From positions 109,432,001 to 109,496,000 of the forward strand of contig NC_045697.1 of NCBI RefSeq assembly GCF_009834535.1: a stretch of 64,000 nt of DNA, given 5' to 3'. The notes under the pieces were generated by a model. That model was not told where the DNA came from. It ran no database searches and saw only the letters and a list, made by a program, of their open reading frames with translations. This DNA is from Camelus ferus. Taxonomy: Eukaryota. The position numbers and the translations under genes were made by a program. Shown here piece by piece: positions 1 to 12,100 of the stretch (within the stretch, counting starts at the first letter, position 1; every line of letters begins with the position of its first letter).

Positions 1-740
1 TGGGTCGCATCCCGCACACGCCCGCCCCGGCTGCCGCGGGATGCGGAGCGCGGGGTCCCGCGGAGTGGCTTCCCCTCTCTTTCCCCCACCAGTACGAGAG
101 CCCCGGAGTCCGCACGCCCTCTCCTCTCCTTCCGAGGGGCCGCCGGCTTGCACCCCGTCCATTGTGTTCTGATTCTCGCCTCCCTCCTCGGGTGGCCTCC
201 ACTTCGAGAAGGAAAGGGAGGCTTGTTTTGGTGAGGCGGGTGCTTGGGGGGACGATCGGGAAACAGGAAGCGTTTCTTTTCCGTGCATTAAAAGCGCGGT
301 GTGTTTTTCGGTGTTCTTGCAGCGGTTGAGCCTTTGCCGAACGTGGTGGAGCTGTGGCAGGCAGAAGAAGGGGAACTCCTGCTGCCCACTCAGGTGAGGA
401 CGACCAGGTGACAGGGCGGCTGCGGGCTTGCGAGCGAGCAGAGGCCCGGAGGCCGCCGGCCCCGCGGCGGCACCGGCGCTCGGGCCACTTTGCAAGGCAA
501 ATAAACGGTCGGCCGAGCCTTAACACCTGGCAGCGGTGGCCTGCCCGGCCTCCTCCCGCGCCATGTGACAGGCCGTGAGTCACGCCCGCCCCAAGTTCAG
601 GAGGTGGGAGCCCAGGCCACCTCAGCAGGGCTGCGGCCAGCGGCGGCGGTGCCGAGGGGAAGGGCGGGCCCCGCGGCCGCCTGTGGGCCGGGGTGGGCGA
701 GGGACCCGTGCCCTGGTCTCTGCGTGAGCCGTGCTGTGTG
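1..740. promoter_or_regulatory. 3' part of the TMEM131L promoter CpG island
   Basis: Very GC- and CpG-rich until about 740, then an abrupt switch to AT-rich DNA; contains GC boxes and exon 2. Confidence 0.9.
323..393 (+). CDS. TMEM131L: TMEM131L coding exon 2 (71 nt; first full codon at 325, [23 protein letters not shown])
   Basis: Acceptor gtgttcttgcag|C and donor CAG|gtgagg. Translation is nearly identical to recalled human TMEM131L. Ends in phase 0, matching exon 3. Confidence 0.95.
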
Positions 741-1732
741 CCTGAGGACCACAGGCACAATATAGAATATTGATTTAAGAAATGTTAGTGAATGGTACTC
801 ACCATTAGCGTTAAGTAGCTTTGGGATGGAGATGTGACCTAAAGGATTGTAATCTTGGATTTTTTCCAAGTACCTTTAATTCGTGTTAGAATACACCCTC
901 CTGTTAAGAACCTGAATTTCAGGTTTTGGGGTTTTTCCCCCCCTATAGGATATAATGATTGCATGTGGAAAAATCATTGCTAACAATTTGTTAGGCATCT
1001 GGCATCATACAGGGTTCACTGCTGCCACAGATACAGGACTGCAAAGCTGTCGTGTTTCAGGTTTAACTTTTAGGAGAGATTCTCATTGACTGCAGATGTG
1101 CACATTGAAATATCATGTTGGCTGTTTTTCAGCAGCAGCAGTAGTAACCTCAAATGCATGGGTTTTTTTTTTGGTGGGGAGAGTATTTTGAATTACAAGG
1201 AAATATTCAGCTTGTGTGCCGTGATTTTTCAGATGTTCATTACTTCCCACATTGGTGGCAGCACTTAATTCTATGTTGTCTCTTGTGCCTGTTCAGAAAA
1301 CAGGATATCTAGCTGTAACTTGACTGGAGTGCACTTTTACATTTCAGCGTTCTCCCTCCTGTGTGAAGCGTTTAGAGTGCTGGTTTTGAGATATTTGGAA
1401 TATTCCTTTTAACCGGGCTAATGAATAACAGCTTCAAGGTAGAGAGGTGATTTTTAGAGGAAAAATTTCCTGGACCTTCCCTGAAGGCCAGCGGGCTGAA
1501 TGGGACCAGTCCTTGGAGAAAAAGCCCCATCAGGATGGGAAGCAAATAGTTTGTCCTTCTCAAAGTTTATTCTTAAGTGGATTTTTTTCCTGATTGTAGT
1601 TAGCAGATATATAGAATATAGAAAGATAAAAAGAACGGAATAGAAATCATGCAGTTCCTGCTGCGAGAACCACACTTAACATTTGACACATTCACTTTTA
1701 AAGAAATACAGTGTAGTAGTGTTTGTGTGTGT

Positions 1733-1951
1733 CAGAGTTTTCAGCAGAGGCGTTAGTGACTGGAGAACTGCTTATTGTGGGGGACTGTCCTGGGCACTGT
1801 AGGCTGCTGAGCAGTTAGGGCATCTCTGCCTCTACCCGCTAGATACCAGTGGCACTCCCTCCCCCACCCCCGAAGTAGTGACAGCTAAAAATGTCTCCAG
1901 ACATTGCCAGATGTCCCTGGGGAGCAGGATTGCCCGGGTTGAGAAGCACTG
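1733..1951 (-). mobile_element. MER20 (hAT-Charlie non-autonomous DNA transposon)
   Basis: aaaaatgtctccagacattgccagatgtccctgggg...gttgagaagcactg is the reverse complement of the MER20 consensus start. Confidence 0.85.
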
Positions 1952-2939
1952 GTGTATATCTATACATATTTGCATTTTTACTCAGTTGTGGCCTCTACCT
2001 CTTACTGGTTAGTCTTAGAAGCCAACTCAGACAGAAAGGAAAGGAGATTAGAGACTTTCATTTGTTACAGCGGTAGTTGAAATCAGTCGCTGTGCTCAGA
2101 GGTGGACATGTCAGAGCCTCTGATGTGATTAATGATTTTATTTATAGGCTCCAAAGTTATTTTATACAATTCTTAATTTCTGGTTTTGTTTATATGTATA
2201 ATGCAGTTTGTTTTGGGGAAAAAATAGCATTTGGAAGCCGTCTTTCTGGACTACTTGTTACAGAAGCATTTATAGCTATTTTAATCAAAGCTATATTGAA
2301 AGTGAAACTGGTATTCAAAGTAATTTTCTAAATATTTCATTTCTGTCTAGATGCATATTTTTGGGGACTGTTTTACCTGGTTGGGGGTGAAGATATATAT
2401 GGGTCTGTCTATTTATCTATCTGAACTGCATATATATTTCTCTCTAAACTGCACATGTGTATGTGTGTGTTTTCTGAAGACAGTTATTTTTAGGGAATTC
2501 TTTTCAAAGTATTTTGAATTTTTTTTCAGAGAAAGTTCCCTCATGTGTATCACAGAGTCTGTTAAAAAGAGAACATTTATAGGTGTTATTTAAATTTGAG
2601 GGTTTTCTCCTTAATTAATTTGTAAGTTGGCTTCCTTTCAGGAAGACTTAAAGATGGCTTTGGAAACTAAGATTTGTCAGTGATAGGTGACGTAGGAGCA
2701 TCAGAAGGTGTGGCATTAAAACGTTGAGTACTGACATTTGCCACCACTAATTATTTATACAGTTACCTATTTTGAAAATGTTTTCTGTAGATTGGGCCTT
2801 TTTTTTCTTTTTTTTTCCTTGTCCTTGTTCTTTTTTCTAGTGAGTCTCTCTGAAGTAATCAAGAACTTGAAAAATGCGTTACTAGTAAAATCAAATATTA
2901 CAATTGAATACTTATAAACTGCCAGGCTTATAAATCCCT

Positions 2940-3100
2940 CTGGCCAGGCCTCCAGGATTTGACTCATCGCTCCATCCCTTTTCACCTCCTGTCCTTGGTT
3001 TCTTCATCTGCAAAATGGGGTGAATAGCAGTGCTGGTCTCAGAGGATTTTGTGAGGATTAAGTACCTGGAACTTAGCACTTAGTATAGGTCACCTATTAC
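2940..3100 (+). mobile_element. MIR SINE fragment
   Basis: Core tttcttcatctgcaaaatgggg...ttgtgaggattaa. Confidence 0.7.
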
Positions 3101-3510
3101 TTTGGCAGTATCTCAACTGACCCCTGGATTTGGTCATTGGAGAGCACGGAACAGCTTTCCTGCTTTGAAGGGCCTGAACCAGTGCAAACAGCTCAATACT
3201 ATTTTGTGCCCAATAATTGCATAGGTAAGTTACGTTATTCACATCTTTTTGTTATATACTCTTTGATGTGGTAAAATATTTTGGTCTAGGAACATTAAAA
3301 GCTCTATCAATGGTGATAATAAGAAGAAGGAAGGAAAAAAAATGTGATTTTATTTTTAGATTTACAGAATTTTTCCCTCTCCTCTGACTCTACTTCACTG
3401 CCCTGACCCCAAAGTGGTGATACTACAGAAACCAAACAAATGTTTTCATCAGCTCATTGTCAAGAAGTAATTGTGTCTGTGCAAGATACTGCTTTGTGCG
3501 CCTTCTGCCC

Positions 3511-3647
3511 TTTTTTTTTTTTTAGGAGTGAGTGGGGAGGTAATTAGGTTTATTATTTATTTATTTTTAGAGGAGGTGCTGAGGATTGAACCCAGGACCC
3601 CTTGCATAGGAAGCACGCACTCTACCACTTGAGCTATACCCTCCCCC
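3511..3647 (-). mobile_element. tRNA-Ala-derived camelid SINE (Vic-1-like)
   Basis: Reverse complement of ggggagggtatagctcaagtggtagagtgcgtgc...gggttcaatcc with A/B boxes and poly(T); degenerate TSD gtgcgccttctg / gtgcaccttctg. Confidence 0.9.
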
Positions 3648-4202
3648 TGGTGCACCTTCTGACTCCACTTCAGGATCAGAACCTTCTGTGATTCCCTGTG
3701 ACCCACTCGACTTGGCTCTGGCCCTCGGGGCCTTTTGCACTCTGACCTTGTCTGCAGCTCCGGTCAGTCCTCTGGGCTGCTCCCTCCAGCCTGCACCTTG
3801 GCCAGGCAGATCCAGCGGTTCCCTGCTGAATGAAAGCACAGATGCTCCTGCCCCATGGTTCGTCCAGGACCGGTCCTTCCTGACTCCCAGCTTGCCAGTG
3901 CCACTGTTACCGTCACTGTTCCTCTTCCCTCCTGGACTTTCTTGAGTGTCTGGATGTTTTCTTTGTTTTGCATATGCCTTGTTGCCCTAACTGGTATCCC
4001 TTTAAGAGTGTTTGGGTTCCCTGTTGTGGCCACGATGTTGGGCATACAGTAGGCATTCTGGGGTTAGCGCATGCATTCTTCCTAGTGGAGAGGCAGTGGT
4101 CAGAGTCTTGTCCAGTTCCCCTGTGTATGAGTTAGTCACTCCTGAAGATGGCAGGTGGAATGTCTTAGGGGTTGAGTTCCTATTATTGGTTAATAACCAC
4201 AC

Positions 4203-4338
4203 TTTTGTTTTGTTTTGTTTTTGGTTGGGGGCCGTAATTAGATTTATTTATTTATTTTTCTAATGGACGTACTGGGGATTGAACCAAGGACCCCATGCGT
4301 GCTAAGCACGCGATCTACCGCTGAGCTAGACCCTCCCC
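4203..4338 (-). mobile_element. tRNA-Ala-derived camelid SINE (Vic-1-like)
   Basis: Same head and tail; TSD taataaccacac / taataatcacat. Confidence 0.9.
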
Positions 4339-4879
4339 TCTAATAATCACATTTTGGTATCAGGTCTAGCAGCAAGAAGGGCAGTGTAGAATTTGTTCAT
4401 TTAATCCATTCACTCCTGAGGCCCCTGGCTGGGTCTGGGACACGGACCTTGGTGCTGAGTGGGAGCAGCTGTCGCCTGCTGAGAGCACGTTGGTCTGGTT
4501 TGGGATGGGGAGGCTCGGGGCTCTCCTGGCCTTGTTGGTCCATCTGGCAAACACCTGACATGGGCCTGGCCCAGATAGGCCCTGCAGGCCAGTGACGAAT
4601 AAGAAAGTTTCTGCCTTTACAAGTCCCACATCTTGTTTATTTTAGTCCCTTAAGCCTGAGAGTGAAGATAACGGAAACTGGTAGAAAGTGAAACAGGAAA
4701 TGGCACCCAAGTGGCTCAGGTACTGAGTTACGTAACAGCATCTTGCGCCAGTCCAGGAAGCACTGACTCGTGTTTGGAAATCTTTTTGTCATAGAGACTT
4801 CTTATTGGTTGAATCACCTTCCACTGTTAACATTAAAAAAAAAAAAAACTAACAGGGGTTGAATACCATTGGCATTGTT

Positions 4880-5050
4880 GAAGCGCTTTATAAGTATTAA
4901 CTCATGTTAATACACTAAAAAGTATGACGTGTTGTGAGCTGATTTCAGATAAGGAAATGGAGGCACCCAGTAGGTAAATGACTTGCCCAAGGTGATAAGG
5001 GAATGGCAGTGGTGGGGTTTGAACCCAGGAGGTGTCCAGAGCCTAAGCTT
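4880..5050 (-). mobile_element. MIR SINE
   Basis: cagataaggaaatggaggcac...tgacttgcccaaggt...gtttgaacccagg. Confidence 0.75.
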
Positions 5051-5199
5051 CTGTATTGTCTGAGTTTTAGGAGTCTGACCATGACAGTGGTATTGTGGTG
5101 AATAAAGTTCCTGTGTCTCAGAGAAATAATTTCATGTTCTGTTTTGAGTTAGAAAAATTTGCTTTACGAAGTTAAAAAGAATAGTTCCATCTACTGGTA

Positions 5200-5735
5200 T
5201 TTTTAAATTTTATTTTTATTGAATAAGTTTTATTGAGGTATAATTAACATGTTATATTAATTTCAGGTGATTCTGTATTTGGAGAGATTGCAAAATGATC
5301 ACCGCAATAAGTCTAGTTAATGTCCATCACCATACAAAGTTACAAAAAAATTTTTTTTGTCTTGCGATGAGAACTTTTAAGATTTTCTCTCTTAGTAACC
5401 TTCAAATATGCAATAGAGTATTATTACCTATAATCATGTACATCATGCTGTACATTTCACCCCATGACTTATTTTATACATGGAAGCTTGTGCCTTTTGA
5501 TGCCTTTCATCTCTTCTACCCACCCCCACCCCCTGTTTCTGGCAACCACTAATCTGTTCTCTGTATCTCTGAGCTTGGTGGTTTATTTTTTATTAAGATT
5601 CCATAAAAAAGTGAGATCATACAGAATTTGCCTTTCTCTGTCTGACTTATTTCACTTAACATAATGCTTTTGAGATCCATTCATGTTGTCCCAAATAGCA
5701 AGATTTCATTCTTTTTCGTGGCTGAATAATATTCC

Positions 5736-5778
<43 letters not shown>

Positions 5779-6118
5779 CATATCTTCTTTATCCAGCCAT
5801 CTGCTAATGGACACTTAGGTTGCTTCTGTGTCTTGGCTACTGTAAATAGTGCTGCGGTGAACATAGGTGTGTGTATATCTTTTCAAATTAGTGTTTTAGT
5901 TTTCTTTGGATAAATACCCAGAAGTGGGATTGCTGGAGCATATGGTAGTTCTATTTTTAAATTTTTGAAGAACTTCCATACTGTTTTCCACAGGGGCTGC
6001 ACCAGCTTGCAATCCCAGCAACAGTGCTCGAGGTCTCCCTTTTCTCCACATCCTCACCAGCCTTTGTTAACTCTTTGTCTGTTTCATGAGAGCTGTCTGA
6101 CAGATGTGAGGTGATATC
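5200..6118 (-). mobile_element. L1 3' end (5'-truncated) with internal (TA)n at about 5737-5772
   Basis: Typical antisense L1 3'UTR/ORF2-end motifs (ggacacttaggttgc, cccagaagtgggattgctgg) and a T-rich tail at the left. Confidence 0.9.
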
Positions 6119-6159
6119 CACTAGTATTTAAACAGCTGGACTCTACTTAGCCCCGCAGA

Positions 6160-6890
6160 CATTCATGAACATGTACTGAGGGCCAAGCACTGTTTCAGGC
6201 TCTGAGGCTGTCACGGGGAACCAAAAAAGAAACTCCACTGCCCTCGTGGAGCTGGCAGTTCAGTGGAGGCATGTAGATAATAAATAGGAACTAGACCCAG
6301 TTGTGAGTTACATAGTCTGTTACAAGGGCATCAGGACTGTGTGGTAGCAGACTGGAGGAAGACTCGGTTGATACGAGTTTTGATTTTAATTTAAGAGGTC
6401 AAGGCAGATCTCTTTGAGAGGGCCTGTTTTTAATATTTGAGCCAACCCCTGAAAGCAGCGAGAGAATTAGAATAGCTCATGCAAGGGCCCTGAGGCACTG
6501 TCAAGAGGGAGTGGGGAGAAGTTACAGGGTTTGGTTTCTGACCTTTGAGAGCTTGGTGGTGTTGGGGAGATAAGGCCGTGTTCAAGTGCTGAAATGTAGA
6601 CACTGAGGGGAGAGAGGAGCTGTGTGTGTTGGTGGGTCTGTTAAGGCTCCTGGGAGAGCGGGGCCGCTTAGAGACTTGCATTGGCCTGGAACCTCACGTG
6701 GGTGTGTATGCTGAGGTTTTGAATGGGAGCCAGCCTGTCTGCTGAAGTGTGGTTGTAGAGATTGGGATCAGTGTGTCAAGTTCAAGTGACAGTTGCTCAA
6801 GTCCAGGTTCAGGAGCTTGGAGTGTACCTGACTAGCGGTTAGGCAGCCATGGTAGGTTCTTGAGCAGAGATTAACACGATGATCTTGACT
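6160..6890 (-). mobile_element. L2 LINE fragments
   Basis: attcatgaacatgtactgag...ctgccctcgtggagct (L2 3' end, antisense) and ggcagccatggtaggttcttgagcag. Confidence 0.6.
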
Positions 6891-6984
6891 CCTGGGTCCA
6901 TACTATGCAGGTGGGAAGTAATGACTGATGTTGAGGAAGGTTGGTTCCTCGTTGACACACAGGATGGGTTGAAGGCAGCATTCT

Positions 6985-7760
6985 TTTTAAAAACAATTTT
7001 TAATTGAGATATAATTGATGTGCAATATACATATATTTCAGGTGTATAACATAGTGATCATAATTTTTGAAGCTTATACTCCATTTATAATTATTATGAA
7101 ATATTGGCTAGATTCCCTGTGCTGTGCAATAATACATCCTTGTAGCTTATTTATCTTATACATAGTAGTTTGTATCTCTTAGTCCCCTACCCCTGTCTTC
7201 CCTCTTCTCATTGGTAACTTCTAGTTTGTTCTCTGTATCCGTGAATCTTTCTTTTTTTGTTATATTTACTAGTTTGTCTTTTTTTTTAGATGCCACATAT
7301 AAATGATATCATCATATGGTATTTGTCTTTCTCTAGCTTATTTCACCAAGCATAACCTCCAAGTCTATCCATATTGTTGTAAATGGCAAAATTTCATCAT
7401 TTTTAATGGCTGAGTTATATTCCATTGTGTGTATGTGTACGCACACACACGTACATACATAAACATTTAAATATATATTCCTCATCTTCTTTATCCATTC
7501 ATCTGTTGATGGACACTTAAGCTGCTTCCATGTCTTGGCTATTGTAAATTGTACTGCTGTGAACATTGGGGTGCATGTATCTTTTCAAATTAGTGTTTTC
7601 ATTTTTTCTTGATATATACCCAAGAGTGGAATTGCTGGATCATATGGTAGTTCTGCTTTTAGTTTTCTGAGAAACCCCTATACTGTTCTCCATAGTGGCT
7701 GTACCAGTTTACCATCCCACCAATAGTGCATGAGGGTTCCCTTTTCTCCCTGTCCTTGAG
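6985..7760 (-). mobile_element. L1 3' end (5'-truncated)
   Basis: ORF 7333-7566 encodes the ORF2 C-terminal motif (FTIAKTWKQLKCPSTDEWIKKM); degenerate TSD aggcagcattctt / aggcagccgtctt. Confidence 0.92.
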
Positions 7761-8961
7761 AGGCAGCCGTCTTAAACAGAGTGACAAGCCCGTCTGTGGT
7801 GGTAATGCAGGCCTGGGCTACTGAAGGCTTGGTCTAATTTGCTGGCAGACAGGATGGAGGACAGTCTGAACTTTATTTCCGATGAGTGGGTAAGTCCTCA
7901 TGCTTGGAGATAAAGGAGACCAGTGTAAGATGACCTTAAGGTTTGCCCAGGGGTCAAGGAGTATGATGGCATCCTGAACAGAAGGAGGCCCTTGGCAGGG
8001 ATCCCTGTCTTTGAGAAGTCTGGTATGGGTCATAATTGTCTCTGGGGACACAAAGTGCGTATATCCTGGAGGTTCTGGCAGTAGGGCTGGAGCTGTAAAC
8101 GAATTCATCTGACACGGACTGTGGAGTCCCTGGCATGTGCTGGGCACGGCTCAGTGCTGTGCTGACCAGAGCCACCCGAGCCTTGGCTCTTGTGGGAGGA
8201 TAGGCTTTTGTTGAGTATCTGCATGTGTGATTGAGTAGTTGGGGCCGGAGGCTGGGGTTTGGTCTGATGGTTGCCAGCGTAGGTCAGCATTTGGAGGGCA
8301 TTAGTGGAGAGGGGTCTGGGCCCAGGAGGACTGGCAGTGATGGGGAGGAAGAGGGCAGTGTGACCAAGAGAAGCTGGAGGAACGGAAAGGGTCGGTACTC
8401 CCGAAGCCACTGAGCTTGGGGAAGACTCTTCTGTCACCAGCGCATCTTCCAGGCAGACAGCAGTGAAGCGTTTAACTGGATCTGCCCTTCCGTTTCTATT
8501 GCAAGCACCTTTCCTTTTCCCCTCCCGGTATGTGATTTTTGGTCCCATTTTGGCCCTGGCAGTCTTGGAGAAGATGTTGAAAGTCCTTTCGAGTATGATA
8601 TGTATGCCATGTATAATGTTATCAGCCTTTTTACGTTGGTGTCAAAATATACCATTGGTTCATTTGGAGGAGTCTGAGCTAAACAGTGCATTTTTGATAT
8701 TGGGGGATTTGAATTATCATTAAATTTTATCTCGTGTGATTAAACTTAAACATCAAAGAAAGGCTTGTGGAGAGAGGAGTTTTGTCGAATTTTGAGATTA
8801 TGTTTTGGCTGTGATTTTAATAGGTAGAATGTTTACTTACAATGACTATCTAAGAGATCACTTGGCAATTTATGGCTTTTAGTGGTGTCATTCTAATGTC
8901 ATTCTTTTTTCCAATAAATATTTATTGAATGTCTGTGAGATTTTTTAAAAATTGTATTTGC

Positions 8962-9527
8962 ATTCTTCTTTTAATTGACATATAGCCAGTTTACAGTGTG
9001 TCAATTTCTGGTGCACAGCATAGTGTTTCAGTCATACATATACATACATCTGTTCATTTTCATATTCTTTTTCATTATAGCTTATTACAAGTTGTTGAAT
9101 ATAGTTCCCTGTGCTATACAGTAGGACCTTGTTGTTTATCTATTTTATATACATTAGTATCTGTAAATTTCAAATTCCCAATTTATCTTTTCCCACCTCC
9201 TTTACCCCCTGGTAACCATAAGTTTGTTCTCTGTGAGTCTGTTTCTGTTTTATAAATAAGTTCGTTTGTGTCTTTTTTTTTTAAGATTCCACATATGAGT
9301 GACATATGGTATTTTTCTTTCTCTTTCAGTCTTACTTCATTTAGGATGACAATCTCCAGGTGCATCCATGTCACTGCAAATGGCATTATTTTATTCTGTT
9401 TTATGGCTGATTAGTATTCCATTGTATAAATACACCACAACTTCTCTATCCAGTCATCTGTTGATGGACATTTGGGTTGTTTCCATGTCTTGGCTGTTGT
9501 AAATCGTGCTGCTGTGAACATTGGGGT
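8962..9527 (-). mobile_element. L1 3' end
   Basis: ORF 9183-9386 resembles the ORF2 end (MPFAVTWMHLEIVILNEV); L1 3'UTR motifs. Confidence 0.9.
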
Positions 9528-9631
9528 CGTCACCCCTGTGAGAGTTGAAGAACAGTTTTTTATTTGTTTTGTTGTTTTGGAGATTTCATGTTCCTTTGAA
9601 ACAACTGTTAAAGCATGTTCTTTCTCAATAG

Positions 9632-9675
9632 GGTGATTCTGAAGAGGATATGGAGGACCATTCTCAAGAGCAAAG
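9632..9675 (+). CDS. TMEM131L: TMEM131L coding exon 3 (44 nt; GDSEEDMEDHSQEQ + AG, ends in phase 2)
   Basis: Acceptor ttctttctcaatag|G and donor AAG|gtaagg. In frame with exon 2; matches recalled human GDSEEGLEEPSQEQ(S). Confidence 0.93.
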
Positions 9676-9934
9676 GTAAGGAAAAAAGTGGGAGCAAATA
9701 TATGCTGAGTTTCCTTGCCTGCTAGGATGCTATCTGAAGTCTTGGCCTATGTCTGTGCTTGTATATCTAATATTATCTGTGATGTACCTTTGTCTTTGGC
9801 ATTGGGGTGTCTGTACTCTCTAATAATTAATATGACTTTGTTTAAAATAAGGTTGCACAGAAAGCTGTTAAAGTACCCCCTCCTCCCACACCAACTTCAC
9901 TTCTCCATGGCGTGCTTACACCTTCCTTCTTGTT

Positions 9935-10260
9935 TACAAACATCTATGGAGCATCAGGCATGGTGCTGGGTGCTGGACTTAAAACATTGACCAAGACCTG
10001 TTTGTGTGTAATAGAGAAGTCAGACATTATTGTTAAAAAAAAAAAAAGTATGCTTATAATAAGAACTATCAAGAATTAGATTTCTGTAGTAGAGAGTAAT
10101 GAGGTGGATAGGGTGGTCAGGTGGTCAGAGGTGACAGCTGAAGCCTGGAGGATGTGTGGGAGCAGCCATTCAGCAGGTGGAGGGAATGACAGGTGCAAAG
10201 GCCCTGTGGTAGGAAGCCCTGGCAGCAATCCAGGAACTTGGGGCAGGTAATGTGGTTTTG
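9935..10260 (-). mobile_element. L2 LINE fragment
   Basis: acaaacatctatggagcatcaggcatggtgctggg...caggtgcaaaggccctgtggtagg. Confidence 0.65.
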
Positions 10261-12100
10261 TAGGATAGTGAGATGAGGCTACAGTAAGGAGGTTGGGTTT
10301 TATTATTATTATTTTTTTTTAATGTTTTTTAAGTGTGGGGTGAGTTGTCAAAAGATTTAAAGCAGGGGCTAGCAAATCAAAAGATGAAAATTAAATTTTT
10401 AAGAGACTGCTTTGGCCATGGGACAGTCTTGGTTAGTTGTCAAACTGGGATATCTGGTCCCTTGGGGGTACATGAAGATACTAAGTGGTACCTGGGCATG
10501 GGGATAACTTTCAGAGGATCAGCTTTTAATCCCCAACATTTGTATATTCTCCTGAAACTAATCTGTCTGTAGGTTGCAAGTTGTCCTTTTCCACGTCTTC
10601 TTTTGCAATCTCACATCTCCACTTTGCCAAAGAAGGGCATACTTCTTACCCAGCCCTGATCCTGCTGTGTGCTTCATCTTGGGCGAAGGGACAGTGTGAA
10701 ATATTGGTTAGGAGAAAGCAGTTTAACTCTGATTGGATGACAGATTGATTTGTACTCTGGTGGTTTTCAAATCTCTCTGTAAAATTGAAGGCGGACCCGA
10801 TCAAATTGGCAGTTATTAGACCATCAAAAGTTCTTTTCAATGATAGATAAATTGATTTTTGGATCAAGTGCTGAGGGAGTTTAGAGAATCTAGGGCCAGT
10901 GCTATACAAAGCTGCTTCCTGAATCACATGTACTTGTGTGAACAAGCTTTTCCAGTGCTTATGTTCAAACCAAACAGACAAAAAAAAACCAAGGACGGTA
11001 AGATGAACTTGGTGCTGATCACTGCTGTCTCATTCTAGCAGTAATATTGACATGAACCAATTGGGGGAAAGACAGGTCCATCCATCTCATTAAAGGATGC
11101 ATTTTTAATAAAATGTGAATTTGTATGTTCAGTTACCTGTCTAAATTTGTGAAACTTGTTGGTTTGATTAGTTGTGTGCTAATCAAAATCACATCAATAA
11201 TTCAGAAGAAAAAAAATTTAAGGTCTCGACCCTGTGGTCACAGGAAATCTCAATTTACAGTTTTGTTGAATAAGGCTTTGAATGTAAATATATATTACTT
11301 TCAAATTCTTTGTGGGACTTTTCAGCAAGAGAGGAAAAAAAGCCTCTCTGTATATTTTCAAAAATGGATGATGACAGATGTCATTGCAGTGGTATTTAGA
11401 GTCCTTTGAATATATTTGAAAAAGTGTGAGTTTTATGAAAAACGCTGATATTTATAGTACACTAGAAATTACATTCTTTGCAAACATTTAAACGCGGAGT
11501 GTAACACCTTAAATACTGGGGTCACTTAACTATATGGGGCAGCGTTCAGAGTTTGTCACAGTCTTGTTTGAGGGTCTGGAAGCAAGAAACACTGAGAAGT
11601 GCTGGTGGTGGTTCCGGCTGGGCTGGCGGTGGTGGGGACGGAAGTACGAGGAGGGGTCTGAGATGAATTTCTGTTGACTTGGTCGTGGAGAGGGAGAGAG
11701 GAAAACCGTGGAGGGCTTCTGGAATTCCAGTTCAGCATCTGGGGAGAGGATGACTGTGATGGGAGAGGATCTAGTGGGAAGGAGATCAGCCCGCTTGGCT
11801 GTCTTCTCGGAATCTCAGGCTTGATGGAACACGTCCCGGGGAGGGGGCAGGTGGGCAGGTGGGCAGGGGAGGTGAGTGTGGAGTGGGAATGCCCGGGCTG
11901 GGCTCCGGGGGCCTTGTGTGTGTGCCTTGGCCCTGGTTTTCCTCTTTTCCAGGTGTAGTTCTCCTCTTTCTTATGAATGAGAACCAGTTTCTTTTCACCA
12001 ACTTCTCGTCACAGGTAAAGGTATTAAGTCGGATTTTATCCTTGTTGCTGATTTGACACAGATTATCAGAGTGAAGGTGTGGGAGTGAGGGAGATTGAGA

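Noticed and set aside
354..869. ORFs in the CpG island
   Set aside because: GC-driven open frames; the real coding frame is exon 2 (codons from 325), which the ORF track misses.
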